Positions 40,201 through 53,800 of a DNA stretch of 64,000 nt are shown in pieces (position 1 is the stretch's first letter; every line of letters begins with the position of its first letter). The DNA comes from Botryllus schlosseri. Lineage: Eukaryota. The position numbers and the translations under genes were made by a program. The stretch is from NCBI GenBank assembly GCA_051294905.1, contig CM119371.1, positions 2,544,001-2,608,000 of the forward strand, written 5' to 3'. The notes below the pieces were generated by a model. The model did not search any database and was not told where the DNA came from. It saw only the letters and a list, made by a program, of their open reading frames with translations.

Positions 40201-42421
40201 ATTGATTCTACTCAAGCAGAGGTAGTTTAAAAACTTGAAGAAGTATCGCAAGTGAGCAAAACCACTTTAAGTAGAAGTACTTCTTAACTGACCACCTCTG
40301 GTCATTGCTAGGGCTTATAGTTGTGTTTCCAGAGTCGTAATGTCATGATAATATAAATTATGTGGATAGCTCAAATCTTTATGTTTAAAAAAAATCCAAG
40401 AGTTGCTTCTATCTATAGAACATATTTAGGTGTTTTTTCGATCATGCGTATTTTATAGGCTTCCATTGAAATATATTCTCTACTAGCACAGATTGGGCAT
40501 TAATGTTATTTCATTAAGCTGGTTCTGTTACGGCGATTGACACCTTTGCGCCATATGTTCAATAATGAGGCTCAAGGTGATTCAATTGTTGAATTACCTT
40601 CACCCTTCCGTTGAAAAAGAAAATGACAATTCGTTACCGCTTTCCGATGTTGTCGTTAAGAAGGTGGATAACAATTTTGTTACATCTGTCATCCTTTTAT
40701 CATTAGGCTGCATTCAGTGTCCAATACCTTTAGCGGTTAACTGTCAATATATAATTTATATGATATGTGCTCTGGTACACAGATGTAACTATCGCTTTAT
40801 TCCATACTTGCTCGTGGCTGTTTTCTTTTCCATTCAAAGGTTCTGGAATCGACCATCGTTAAGCTGTAAAGCCAACCCTGCGTCGCCAGAGAGAATATTT
40901 ACATACCCAACTCTTACTTCAAACCCACGGAAGACACCGGCTAACCCACTGAATGAGGTGAGGCCACTTTCTTCGTATGCCGTAGAATTTTCATTATTGT
41001 AATTCTGTACTCACAGTTTTTGGTATCTTTACAGATAATAAGAAAACAAAGAAGGGAGCAAGTCTAGCCAACACATACTTCAAACCCGTAAAAGACACCG
41101 GCTAACACACTTTCTTTACTATTTTATACGCATTTTGGTATAAAAACGTTGTCGTGACATCAAGGTATGTCGATCAATGTGTCTTCAAGTGAACAATTTC
41201 TCATATGTTAGTTCATTTATCTTGAACAGTGCCCCAAAACGACGTCGTCGTCGTAGGACCCGTAGTGGGGTGGCCTTCAATGTGACTGTGCCTGTGCCGC
41301 GTAAGAAGAGAAGAATTCCATTAAATTGGAACTAAGATCAGAATCGGTACGTTTATTATACCTCGTTCGCAGATATTAAGCCCTAACTTATCCCACATTT
41401 GACTTTCAGATCACCGTTAATTACGCCGAAGGCGACGTAAAGTCGATAACAATTAATTTATTTCTGTTTTTATTTTTTATGTTGTTATTTTAATAGAAAA
41501 ATTCGTTTCTCATAACCGAAGCTGGTGTTTCTGAAAACGAGAGTTCAGCATTTTGGTACGAGACAGTACAGCGCGGTATTTCGTGTGACGAGGCAGTACA
41601 GTTCACATCTCCAGTTAGTTTTGAATCCAAACTAATTTCTGGTTTCATGAAAGTGCAAAACGAGCCAAGCTTCATGTACACACGTATATGGGTAGCTATA
41701 GGTGTAATTATGATAAAATACATGTACGCCGTTTAGATTGTATCTTGTGCCGATTTGATTCGATAAAATTAATATTTATTATGAACTCCCAAAGTGCACA
41801 GATTGCTGTTACAACCAACATAGCCCCAATTTCACTGTGAATTGGGCAATTCTAGCTACATCTGAATAAGGACCCATGCATTTCTTGTTTCTCTCATTCA
41901 ATGAACTCATTCAGTCACTTCTACAGAAATCACTACCCCATCGCCACACATAGCAGACATATCTTTACTTTCTCTTTTTTGGATTTATTTAAATACGCTG
42001 AACCAATAAATACGTAGAATAACCACAATGGCATTCAGTTGATTTCAGCAGTGCCTTTTGATATGTCCCATGATGCTGAATTTTCTCCATCAGCAATATT
42101 CACAGCTGGCAGTTATAGCATTCACATCAGCTCCATTGAAGTATGAAGATTTTGAATCCAGGATAGGTAATTCCGAGGCACGCTCCGATAATAACTTCAA
42201 GCTGACAATCGTAGATGCTTTTACTTCCTATAGATACATATATCTGAAAGATAACTGAACTGGCATTAAACATCTTTTGGCAGCTTGGTTATTTCTGTAC
42301 ACGTAAAATATGCTGGATACAACGAGTAAAGCAATCTACATCAGGAATATAACCACAAAAAAATACATACGATGACACATAGACAACCTTATTTTACCAC
42401 GAACAGTCGAAACCACTTATA

Positions 42422-42633
42422 TCTTCGACATGTCGAAATACACCGATAACACAGATATAAACACGAGATATTGGGCTGAAACAAATCCTGAATGTTACGA
42501 TGATTATTCATTCAAAGCTCCATTCGTATAAAATACTACAAACCCAATACGAATCAAATATATTTTAGAACTGGACGTTTTTCCATAAGCTCCTGCACTA
42601 AATCGTCCAGCCTATCCCCCACAATGCAACTGT
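42422..42633 (-). repeat. Right 212-bp inverted repeat of element 1
   Basis: Reverse complement of 33290-33501. Confidence 0.95.
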
Positions 42634-43067
42634 TTCTAGTGACAACGTAAATATCGCGAGTAGCGCACTCCAGTGTTTATATAGCTCAGTGGTAACCACT
42701 GTATATATCGTTTTGCCATGGAAAACTGAATGCGATAGAGAGAGAGAGAGAGAATTTTATTCGGTCCATGAACATTGATGATACAAAGATAGATAAATAC
42801 AAAGCAAAGTATATATAATTCAGAACCAGGCTGTAGCGAAGGGATCGGGAGATCATCAAGTCAGCTACAGCCTGAAAGGATGGTTGTAATATGAAACTTA
42901 TCACAGAATATAACACATTTGCTAGCAAAAAATATAACATATTCGCAATGTATCAAAAACAGATGAAAAAGTAAGTGGGATAACAGTAGGTAACCTAGAT
43001 AGACGAGATAACACAATGGCACTGGCTATAGGAACACAAACTAGGCAAAAATATGCTTATTGACAAT

Positions 43068-46000
43068 TTATAAAGAATGTTCATAATTTCCTACAAGATA
43101 TTCGTGCAACATTTTTTTAAAGATATGGAGCGGTTTATCTTTAATATGGGGCGGAATGGAGTTCCATATACGAGGACCTTGGAAACTGATAGTCTTCGGA
43201 TGTTCTCGGGGTAAGAATAGATTCATAGAAGAGCCTCGGGTATTGTGTGAATGGTGACTGGTGAGATGAGTGAAATAGTCTCGGAAGATTTCTGGTAGGC
43301 TCTCATTGTAGTAGCCATGCATGAGCTTAGCTATTTCATATAAGTGGATATCTACAACTTTTAAGATGTTCAAGCGACTATATAAAGGATTTACACTATC
43401 TCTGCGATGGGCGAGACAAGTCAATTTAATTGCTTTATTCTGCAGGCTTTTAATCCGATTCAAGTATTTGGCTTTAGCTGAACCCCATAATACGACCCCA
43501 TAAGTCAAGTGCGAGTGGAAGAGTGTGTGATATATTGTTAGTCGTGTGGAAAGTGGTAATAGGAAACGGACTTTTCTTAGGACTCCTATGGCTTTCGATA
43601 GTTTATTGCAAATTGAATTAATGTGATCACCCCAGGATAGCTTATTATCTATAATTATGCCAAGATAGGATAGATGCGTCTGGAAAGTAAGTCTTTCATT
43701 ATTGAGCTTTAGTACTATGTCTTTTGGAGTACCTTTACCAAAGAACATACAGTGCGTTTTTGAAGTATTTATTGTTAGTCTATTACTACACATCCAGTCA
43801 TATATTTTATTAGATTTGAATTACATTAATACTCAAGGTCGGCTGTATTACAAGATGAGAGCATGAGAGATGTATCATCTGCAAACAGTTGAATTGTGAA
43901 GTCCGATACATTGTCTATATCATTAATATATATTAAAAATAGGAAAGGACCCAGAACTGATCCTTGAGGTACACCCATTTCAATTCCGAGCTTATCCGTT
44001 AAGACTTCACCATTTTTAACAAATTGCCGTCTATTACGTAAATAAGACTGTAGTAGCTTATACATGTTACCCCTAACTCCGTAGTGAGATAATTTCTCCA
44101 AGAGTATTGATCTATCCACTGTATCAAATGCCTTTTTAAGATCTAGAAAGATGCAGATGGTGGATAGATTGCTGAGAAGGTTTTTAGAGATGTTATTTAT
44201 GCTATAACTGCATGCTGGGTTGAGTGACGCTCTCTGAAACCAAATTGTTTTCTGGATATTATGCTAAATTTCTCAACAAAGCCAGTTAGCCTTTTAAGTA
44301 TTAATTTTTGTATGATTTTAGAAAAAATAGGCAAAATAGAGATTGTCTATAATTGGTTAGATCTTTAGGATTGCCCTTCTTCAGAACAGGCGTGACTCTG
44401 GCTACTTTCAAAATATCTGGGAAGATCCCAAGCTCGAAGCATTTATTGATCAGTTTAGTGAGTATAGGTAATATTGTATATATGATCTCTTTCAGAATAA
44501 AGACTGGAATACCATCTGGGCCTGTGGCTGTATCATTCTTAAATGAGTGAACTATCGCGATGACTTCATTCTCAACGACTGGCTGGACAAAGACAGAGTT
44601 CTGTTGTGGTTTATCGAGATATTTCTTGTAGTTATTGGTAGGCACATGTTTGTCAGCAAGGTTTCTGCCAATATTTGCAAAGTATTGGTTAAAGGCCTTG
44701 CATATGTCAAGTTCAGACGTTACGGTTCTATTGTCTATGCTGATTTTAGTTGGGAATTTTTTTTTGTTCAGTTGATTTAAAAAGTTTATTGAAGAGCCCC
44801 CATGTTTTTGTTTAATCACCTTGGTTCTTATAAAATTGATCCTTGTAATAGTTGCTCTTCGACTTTTTCTTCAATTTGGTTAATATATTTGTGTATTTTT
44901 TATACAATTCCACTTTGCTGTCCACACCGGAAAGAAAATGACTCTTGTAGAGTTTGCGTCGAGTCGCTATTGAGATTCGGATTGCAGAGGTCAGCCATGG
45001 TTTATTTGCGTATCTCATCTCCCTGCGAGTTTTTTTGCGGAGAGGTGCATGTTTTTCCATTAGGGAGTTGATGGTACTAATTAGAGATGAAAAGTTGTTG
45101 TTTATATCATCATTTTGAGTTCTACTTTCGACTTCAAGGTCATTTATTGCATCAAAAAGTTCATTCGAGAAGTTGTCCTCCGAGAGATTTCTATAGTTAC
45201 GAGTGTAGGCTATTTTGTGTTTCACTCCTACTGAAGCATTCATGATTTTGCAGAAAGTTGGTAAGTGATCAGATATATCGCTTAATAATATTCCGGATTG
45301 GTGCTCGACCTGGTTGTTGGTGAGTATGAGGTCAATTAGTGTCTGTGAGTTGTGAGTTATTCTAGTTGGATCTTTAATTAATGAAAGACACGAGAAACAT
45401 GATATTAGGTTGGTCAGATCCACAGAATATTTGTTATCTGATTTAAAGAGGTCTATGTTGAAGTCTCCCAACAGGTAAAAAGTTTTTTTTTGTAGGGTCA
45501 ACTTCTCGAAGCAATTTTCCATTGCATCTATGAATTGAGCCATTGATTGGTGAGGGTGTCTGTAAATTGCACCTATTATGATGTTTTCTCTCTTTTTGTT
45601 TTTCACCAAAGTTAATTCAATCCACAGGTCTTCACAGCCTTGAAGATTCAGGCCAAACTCTGAAGTGATATGGAATTGGACATTGTTCCTGATATAGAAC
45701 CCCACTCCACGCACTATTGTGGGAGAATTTGCATTGATAAATGTATATCCATCAATATGGACGTCAAAAGGAAGGACAGTAGATAATCTCGTTTCACTTA
45801 TGACGATTATGTCAGGATGTCTAGAGAACTCAGAAATTAACGAAGTGACTAAGCCACTATTTTTAGGAAGTGATCTTACATTAGCATGTAGCATTGTAAT
45901 ATAAGGGCTATCATCAGTAGGAGCATTAAATTCTTCTATACTATAATAATTAGAAAATCCCTTAGGTAGGTCAGAGCTAGATAACTTTTTGACAGAAGAT

Positions 46001-46227
46001 AATTCCCTTGTTAGTTGCATATTGTCAAGTGATGAAAATGGTAATTCCGAGTTTAGGCATTGGCAGCAATAATAATACTCATCAGTAGTTCCGATATGAT
46101 TGAATTGCGGTGTTGTCAGTTTGGTGCACTTCAAATGAGTCCAGTAGTCACAGATATCACAGCAAATGCAAGGCTGATTTGACTTGCATGGTTTGTGGCA
46201 AGAGCCACATGGAAATAAGACGGGCAT
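43068..46227 (-). pseudogene. LINE ORF2: PHD finger, APE endonuclease, reverse transcriptase; several frameshifts
   Basis: CGSC..CDICDYWTHLKC..CCQC; HANVRSL, SETRL, IYRHP, GDFNID, SDHLP; GPDGIP, GVPQGSVLGP, LFADD, YLGIIID; split over four ORFs. Confidence 0.92.
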
Positions 46228-46266
46228 TTTCTATCTATTGATCAAGGCTGAATTAGTGGTTACAGT

Positions 46267-47037
46267 TCAGTCTAGGGGTATGCCGTACCTTGTCAGATCA
46301 TCATCACTTCTGATTGTCCAAATTTGGCTTTCGTCATCCTTTCTCAAGTAGGATACTCCTTGCCTTGTCCATACGTATTTGAACTTGTTGGCTCTTTTGA
46401 ATTTTAGGCATGCATTGAATTTTTTTCGGTTAGTCTTCGTAAGGCTGTCATTGATGTATAGGCCTATTTTTTCTTTGGTTTTGTGTAATATTGATCTGCT
46501 GTTGTAGATCATGTCACGAACTCTTCTCGAGCAAAATTTGACTATCAAGATAGGATCAGGGTAGTCTTCAGTTGGTTGACCTAGTCTATGACAAACACTT
46601 ATATCATGCTTTGTGACGGTCACATCCACTTTCTTGGCAACTGATATCACAAGATCTTCAGTACACTCCTTCTCGTTGTAGGGTATTCCTTGCAATTCAA
46701 TACATTCTCTTCTTCCATATTGCTCCAGATCGTTTATTGCTCGATTGGTCTCTCTGTTGGATGTTTGGAGGTCGTGTACAATTTTTTTCAGGTAGTTATT
46801 TTCTGATTCCACTTTCGATAGTTGCTTGCTCGTAGTATCAAGTTTATCTTTTATCTCCTCATATTTTTCGTTAAGGAATTCGGCACTATTTTTAAGTTCT
46901 ATGATTTCCTTCATGAGTTCCGAGAACTTCTGGCCATTTTGTAGTTTTTGATCATCCATTTTGTCTGAAAGTGCATCCAGCTTCGATAGAATAGTTTCGT
47001 AATCCACATTCTTTTTGGACGATGATCTTTGAGACAT
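46267..47037 (-). CDS. LINE ORF1 (coiled coil, RRM-like region, FP-protein-like C-terminus), 256 aa
   Basis: LEQYGRRECIELQGIP, HRLG, ILIVKF, YINDSLT, KYVWTRQG. Confidence 0.88.
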   Translation of the reverse strand: MSQRSSSKKNVDYETILSKLDALSDKMDDQKLQNGQKFSELMKEIIELKNSAEFLNEKYEEIKDKLDTTSKQLSKVESENNYLKKIVHDLQTSNRETNRAINDLEQYGRRECIELQGIPYNEKECTEDLVISVAKKVDVTVTKHDISVCHRLGQPTEDYPDPILIVKFCSRRVRDMIYNSRSILHKTKEKIGLYINDSLTKTNRKKFNACLKFKRANKFKYVWTRQGVSYLRKDDESQIWTIRSDDDLTRYGIPLD

Positions 47038-47854
47038 TTTCTAGCATCACAGTGCAGTAGTGCATATAATGATATAAGTTATCAATACGTCTTAATCAGT
47101 GTCTAAAAGTCCTGAAACTAGCTTAACACAACCAAGATTACCAAGAACGGTAACTGCGTGGCCTGTCAATCATTTACGGTCGGATGATAGTGACCATGAA
47201 GCAAAGTCGCGCTAGTCTCACAAAACGTTGGCAAAGTTGGAATTGAGAGATTTCTGCTGGGTGTTGCCGATCGGGTGTAGCATTTGACCTTATATCTTTA
47301 TATGTTTTGCAGATATGTATTATTGCTCATTTACAGCTATCGAATATTGGAAATGCCTGTATTGGTGCAGTCCCTGGTTGTAATACTAGTCGCTAGTGAG
47401 CAAAATACTAATTCAGCCAGTGCCGGTGCCGGTGATATCAAAGCTAGATAGTCATATTATTTGATGCAATCATGTGACTGATACTTTGTTACTGGCATCA
47501 GGCTATGTTTATTTTATGGATCATTCATTGCAGTGACGTGCGGTGAGGTTCGTGGTTGGGGAGGCACGGACCCCCCCCCACACACACACACACACACAAA
47601 CACGCACGCGATATATTCTGTTTTAATCGATTTATTACAGATTACTCAACGAAAAGTATGAAAAGAAACACAAGAAATATTATTCAAGAACTTAAAGGGG
47701 CACTGCGCTCTAAAAATGATGTGGTCTCAAATTGAAGGTAAAAACGAACAAAAATTTTTGGCCGCGGCGATTTCCTTCAGAAAGCCACCGTAATGGAGCT
47801 GCAATTTATTGAAATTTCTACAAGACCAGCTGCCGCGGCTGCTTAACCCGTTAC

Positions 47855-50800
47855 ATGGCACGATATCTTCACCGTCGCACTTGCTCGACGCGAATAGGCA
47901 CTCACGCAGAGGCTTTAGAGCACAAATACTTGAAACCGAAAAGTTCAAGCAAATCAAGTTCAAGTCATCGGTCATCAACAGGTACCGGTACTTTTACATC
48001 AAATCATTCAACTAAATCTCGCTATAGTGGAATGAACGTCGAAAATGTCGTAAATTATCATCAAAAACTGCAAGAAATATGCTCTGCACGAGCAAAACAG
48101 GATATTGAAGATATTCAGGCTTCATTGAACACTGAAATACAATCAATTAAAAATCAAACTGCGTTGGCCCGAGCCAATCTACAAGAACAAAAAAAGAAGT
48201 TAGCAGAAGATCTACGAAAGAAACTAGACGAAGAAAAGAGGAAGTTGGAGAAAGAAGAACAAGAACTACAAAGACGGCAAAATCAACAATGTGAAATGAT
48301 TAAACAAAGGATGCAGCAAAATGCTGACGAAACAGCTCGCCGTGTAAAACGAGAACATTTGCAAAATACTTGTGAACTAGAACTATAACTCACTAGACGA
48401 GGTGTATCAACGCAAAGTTCACCTCTACTGACAGCGGCAGAACTGCAGCCATCTGAGAACAGGAGCCTGGCTCCTCAAACAAGCATTGTTCCAGAACAAC
48501 TACAGCAAGCAAGTGCAACTATTCAACCTACGAACAATGTAATAACTTCAATTGCTGAAGCGTCTACAAGTGTTGCTCCAAATGTAACTCCACCGATATC
48601 TTCGAATACTTCATACGCAGGTGTGGCTATTCCTTTTAATATCATGTCTCACAGTTCTTGCCAAATGTCTAATGCTATGAATGAGAATGTTTGTGTGCGT
48701 GAAAGATCTAACAGTAACTGTGTGACTGCTCGTTTGAACGCATGCATTGCGCCCAAAAATCAATCGCATGTAATTGATGCCGAAAATAGTCGCCTTGTTG
48801 TAGCACCTCCCATGATTGATACACAAATAACTCCTAATTTGCCTAGTTCCTTGGCATCTGATATCGTACAACCCTTTGTGCCAGCTTATTCAAATCAAGC
48901 AGCTACAGCAAGCTGCACAGTTCAAAATACTGCAAACTCTGATCTCGATGTAAAGCCTAACCAACCGCCTAATTTGATTCATTGTGAGAATCCGTATGTC
49001 ATTCACCAGGTTAAACCCAGTGATCAAATTGTTCCATTAAAGTTGGAACCAAAATGTTTTAGTGGTGACCCAATTGAATTTGATACATTCAAGGAAATGA
49101 TAAATGCTACTTTGAATCGTCAACCATGGACGCAAAAGCAGAAGTTGATGCATCTTTTGCAATACACCCGAGGTATTGCCAATACTTTTGTTAAAGCTTG
49201 TGAAGATATGGAAAACTGCTTTGATGAAGCTCTTGCGGTTTTGAGAGACAATTTTGGTCAACCGTTCCAAATAAGTGACCGCTACATAAACACTGTTATA
49301 AATGGCTCGAAATTCGTAGAAGGTGACAACGATTCTCTCCTCTTATTTCATGCATCGTTAACCGCTTGCACCAATAAGTTAACCAAATTTGGAAGAATTC
49401 GTGATGTTTCACGCTCTATGGTTGAACAAATTGCCGAGAGACTTCCCCCTTCCTGGCAGCCTGGTTGGAGAACCTTGGTGGCGGAGGTCACTTTTGACCT
49501 GAAAACCGAACTGACTGTTGAACATGTAAATGACTATGTTCGCCAGAAAATTAGAGAAATCACTAGTAAATATAACAACCCTAATCATGAAATATCCAAG
49601 AAGCAAGTGACGGGTGTATTCAAAGCTGGCAAGCCCAAGGCATCATTCAGCACACAAGTTGTGACTCCAACATTGGAACTTTGTTTCATGTGCAACGAAA
49701 AGCATTTCTTGAATCAATGTGTCCAGTTCCGCAAAATGCAGTATCCTGATCGCGTTGAATTCGTCAAAACCAAAGGGCTCTGCTTCAAGTGTCTAAAGTC
49801 GGGACACTTCGGAAAAGCATGCAAACGCATTCAAGCTTGTATAAGGCCTGGTTGCAAAGGCAATCATACAACACTTCTTCAACCTCCTGAAGAAAAGATA
49901 AAAGAGGTTGCTAACAAAACCTTGGATTCAGCCAATGAACAAATTGAAGGCCAAGGCAAAATTTCTGATTCAAAAGAAGCTACCTCTTTCTTCAGTGCTT
50001 CCTGCGATGACAATGAATATGATGATGATGAATGTGTAACTTTGAATGTAGTTTTGGCAAGACTACGGATTGTTGGCACTGACGACTACATCGTCACTTT
50101 GGCATTAATTGATAATGCGAGCAATTGTTCATTCATATCTGAAGAACTCGTGAGACTACTCGGTCTTGCTGGGCCCGAGCGAAACGTAACTTTCCAAACA
50201 ATCGAACCATCTAAAAATACCAAGAAGTCAACCATTGTTCGTGGTTTAGAGATTTCTGATTACGAGGGATCAGAATACGTACCTCTGAAGTCACTGATAT
50301 CTACAAAGAAAATCGCTCTGGACAACGACCTGCGGCCAACACAAAGTGATGTACATCAATTTCGACAATTTGAAGACATTCCAATCCCAGATCTTTCTGG
50401 AGACATCGGTCTGCTGATTGGTAAAAACAACCCCAAAATTCATAAGCCTCTGGAAACTATATACGGACCTGAGGATTACTTCGCAGTGAAAAGTGCCATC
50501 GGATGGATGTTCACATGCCCAAAACAATCCGAACTTTTCAAACCTCACTCCTATTTCATTCAAACCAATCCAAACCCTTTGTGCAGGATGTGTCACGATG
50601 ATGTCAATTCCATAGCAAATGACAAAACTGAACTCTCTGCAAATGATAAACTTTTTATGGAAAAGGTGTCATCGACAATCCTACTTGACTCGAACGGGCA
50701 CTACCAAATGGAATTACCATTGAAACATCCGGATTTAACACTGCCCGACAACAAACATCAAGCAAAACAAAGAATCAATTATCTGCAGAAAAGATTCCAA

Positions 50801-53800
50801 AAGGATCCAAAGTTCTTCGATGAATACAAAGTTTTCATGTCTGACATGATCACAAATGGATATGCCGAGAAGGTTCACAATGATGGGCCAGTTGGTAAAA
50901 CCTGGTACCTGAGCCATCACGGTGTGTATCACCCTGAAAAGAAGACTATCCGCGTTGTTTTCGATGCATCTGCAAAATTCAATAACCTGGCGTTAAACGA
51001 CCTTCTGTTGCAAGGGCCAGACCTAACAAACAACCTTGTTGGTGTTTTATCGCGCTTTCGCAGAAATGAAGTTGCGATCCAAGGTGACATTCGATCAATG
51101 TTCCACCAGGTTAAGGTTGATGAATCTGATAGAGACCTGTTACGCTTCCTGTGGTGGAAGGATAATGATCCAAACCAACAACTCGAAACGTACCGAATGA
51201 CTGTATTTTTATTTGGGACTGTGAGCAGCCCTAGCTGTGCCAACTTTGCTCTACGAACTGTCGCTGAAGACAACAAAAATGCCTATGACATTGATGTCAT
51301 AAATGCAGTTCAAAGGAACTTCTATGTTGATGATTTTCTTGATTCCTGTGAGGATACTCCTGCTGCAATTCGTCGTGTGGAAGATGTCAGTTCTCTGCTA
51401 AGCAAAGGTGGGTTTGAACTGACAAAATGGGCAAGCAATTGCAGAGAAGTACTGGCAGCAATACCAGAATCAAACAGAGCCAAAAACCTGAAAAATATTG
51501 ACTTGTTGACTGATGAGCTACCGATGGAGAAGACATTGGGGCTTGCCTGGAATATAGAAGATGATTCGTGGTGCTTCCGCGTCAAAGAAAAACACAAACC
51601 TTGTACCAGAAGAGGAATTCTGAGTATCGTGAACTCAATTTTTGATCCGCTGGGAATGGCTCAAACTATAGTGCAACCAATGAAGGTATTGATGCAGCAC
51701 TTATGCAAAAATAACTACAATTGGGATGACCCGTTACCTGAAGAAGCCAGAAAGATTTGGTGCGACTGGTTATCTCAACTACCGATGCTTGAAAACTTTA
51801 CGATTCCAAGATGTTTCAAACCGTCAAAGTTTGGACAGGTGACAAGAATCGAACTTCACCACTTCTCAGATGCCTCTGAGTTGTGCTATGGTGCGGTATC
51901 TTATCTGAGATATGTGAATGATGCAGGTGATATTCACTGTTCTTTTGTTTGTGGGAAAACAAGACTCGCCCCCATTAAAGGTTCTACCATTCCGAGAATG
52001 GAGTTGTCCGCTGCAACAATATCTGCCAGTAATAACAAATTTCTGCTAAAAGAGCTGGACCTTCCTATTGACGATTCATACTTCTGGACTGACAGCACAA
52101 CTGTTTTGCGATATCTCACAAACAAAGACAAAGCTTTCAAAACCTTTGTTGCGAACAGAATCAATATGATAAAAGAGTCTTCAGAATTATCGGACTGGAG
52201 GTATGTACCTTCAAAACAAAACCCTGCTGATATTGCTTCTCGGGGCCAGACTGTTTCTGAATTCTTGACTTGCGACATGTGGAAATTTGGTCCAGAATTC
52301 TTGTGGAAAGATTCTTCGGAGTGGCCTCAACAACCAACATTTCTAGAGGAGTTGTCTTGTGATGACCCTGAAATCAAAAATCCAAACAAATTGTGTTTTC
52401 TTACAATTACCACTCCAAATTCTGTTCTTGATGAACTCATCTCCAAGATCTCAAGCTGGACTCGACTGAAAAGGGTGCTGGCATGGGTCTTGCGCTTCAA
52501 AAATAATTTTCTTGCCAAAGCGAGAAACAAACAACCAAATGCAAAGCTGACAAAAAAGGCATTGACTTTAACCGAAGTTAAAACTGCTGAAGAAATGCTT
52601 GTACGTCATGAGCAAACAAAGCACTTCTCTGAAGAAATAGAAAGACTGAAGACTGATGAACAAATCAAAAGATCTAGCCCGATCTACAAATTGCTACCAT
52701 TTCTGGATAATGGGACCCTCCGGGTTGGAGGCAGAAATCAAAATGCTCCCATTGGTTACGACTCAAAACATCCGATAATCATCCCTAAAAAGAGTCCGAT
52801 TGCAGAATTGGTCATTCGAGATGCTCATGTTTCATGTGGCCACAGTGGCCGGGAATATGTTATCGCACAAGTCAGAGAAAGATTTTGGTTTGTCACAATC
52901 AATTCCAAAGTACGATCCATTCTGAAAAATTGTGTCTCATGTAGGAAACGTCAACGGAAACCAGAATCTCAACAAATGTCTGATCTACCATCTGATAGAT
53001 TAACTCCGAATGATCCGCCGTTCCACGCAGTTGCGGTTGACTGTTTTGGTCCGTTTTTGGTAAAGCGTGGTAGATCTGAGTTAAAACGATATGGTGTTTT
53101 GTTCACTTGCCTAACCACTCGCGCTGTCCATATTGAAATTGCGAATAGTTTGGACACTGATTCTTTCATTATGGCACTGCGTCGCTGCATTGCACGCCGT
53201 GGACAAATCAGTTTGATACGGTCAGATAATGGCAGCAACTTCACATCTGGTGAGAAGGAGTTGAGACAAAACATTTTAACTTGGAATCAAACAAAAATAC
53301 AAGATTTTTTGGTGCAAAAACAAATAACTTGGTTGTTTCAGACCCCTTGTGCATCTAATCATGGTGGTGTATTTGAAAGACAAATTCGCACAGTGCGAAA
53401 GATTTTGGGTGCTCTGTGTGATGAACAAATGTTGTCTGATGAATCTCTATTAACATTGATGTGCGAATGTGAATCAATTATGAATAATCGCCCTATTTCA
53501 ACTGTGTCTAGTGATCCACATGATTTGACCCCAATAACCCCTAACAGTCTGTTGTTGTTGAAAGATAAACCCATGCTACCACCTGGTGTGTTCAATGTCA
53601 AAGATGTTTACTCTCGAAAAAGATGGAGACAAGTCCAGTACTTGGCTGATCTTTTTTGGACAAGGTGGAAGAAACAATACCTTCCACTACTTCAGATTCG
53701 CCAAAAATGGAATGAAAAGAAAAGAAATATCACTGTAGGTGATGTTGTGCTTGTGTTGGATCAAAACCTACCGCGTAACATGTGGTTGCTAGGTCGTGTG

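Larger units (their letters stand above)
33235..42691 (+). mobile_element. P-superfamily (THAP9-like) transposon, element 1
   Basis: 8-bp direct repeat gtaaccac at 33227-33234 and 42692-42699; CA...TG ends; 212-bp inverted repeats just inside the ends; P transposase gene. Confidence 0.8.
42739..47143 (-). mobile_element. Full-length CR1/L2-group (Crack-like) LINE
   Basis: ORF1 and ORF2; 3' stem-loop at 42827-42874, AATAAA at 42756-42761 and (CT)n tail; boundaries defined by the interrupted TIR. Confidence 0.9.

Noticed and set aside
40565..41002. 145-aa ORF inside element 1
   Set aside because: No recognisable domain; the composition is consistent with a chance ORF.
47144..47731. A 5' LTR for the BEL element
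   Set aside because: It does not resemble 54053-54510; the sequence is explained by the element 2 TIR and the hAT end.
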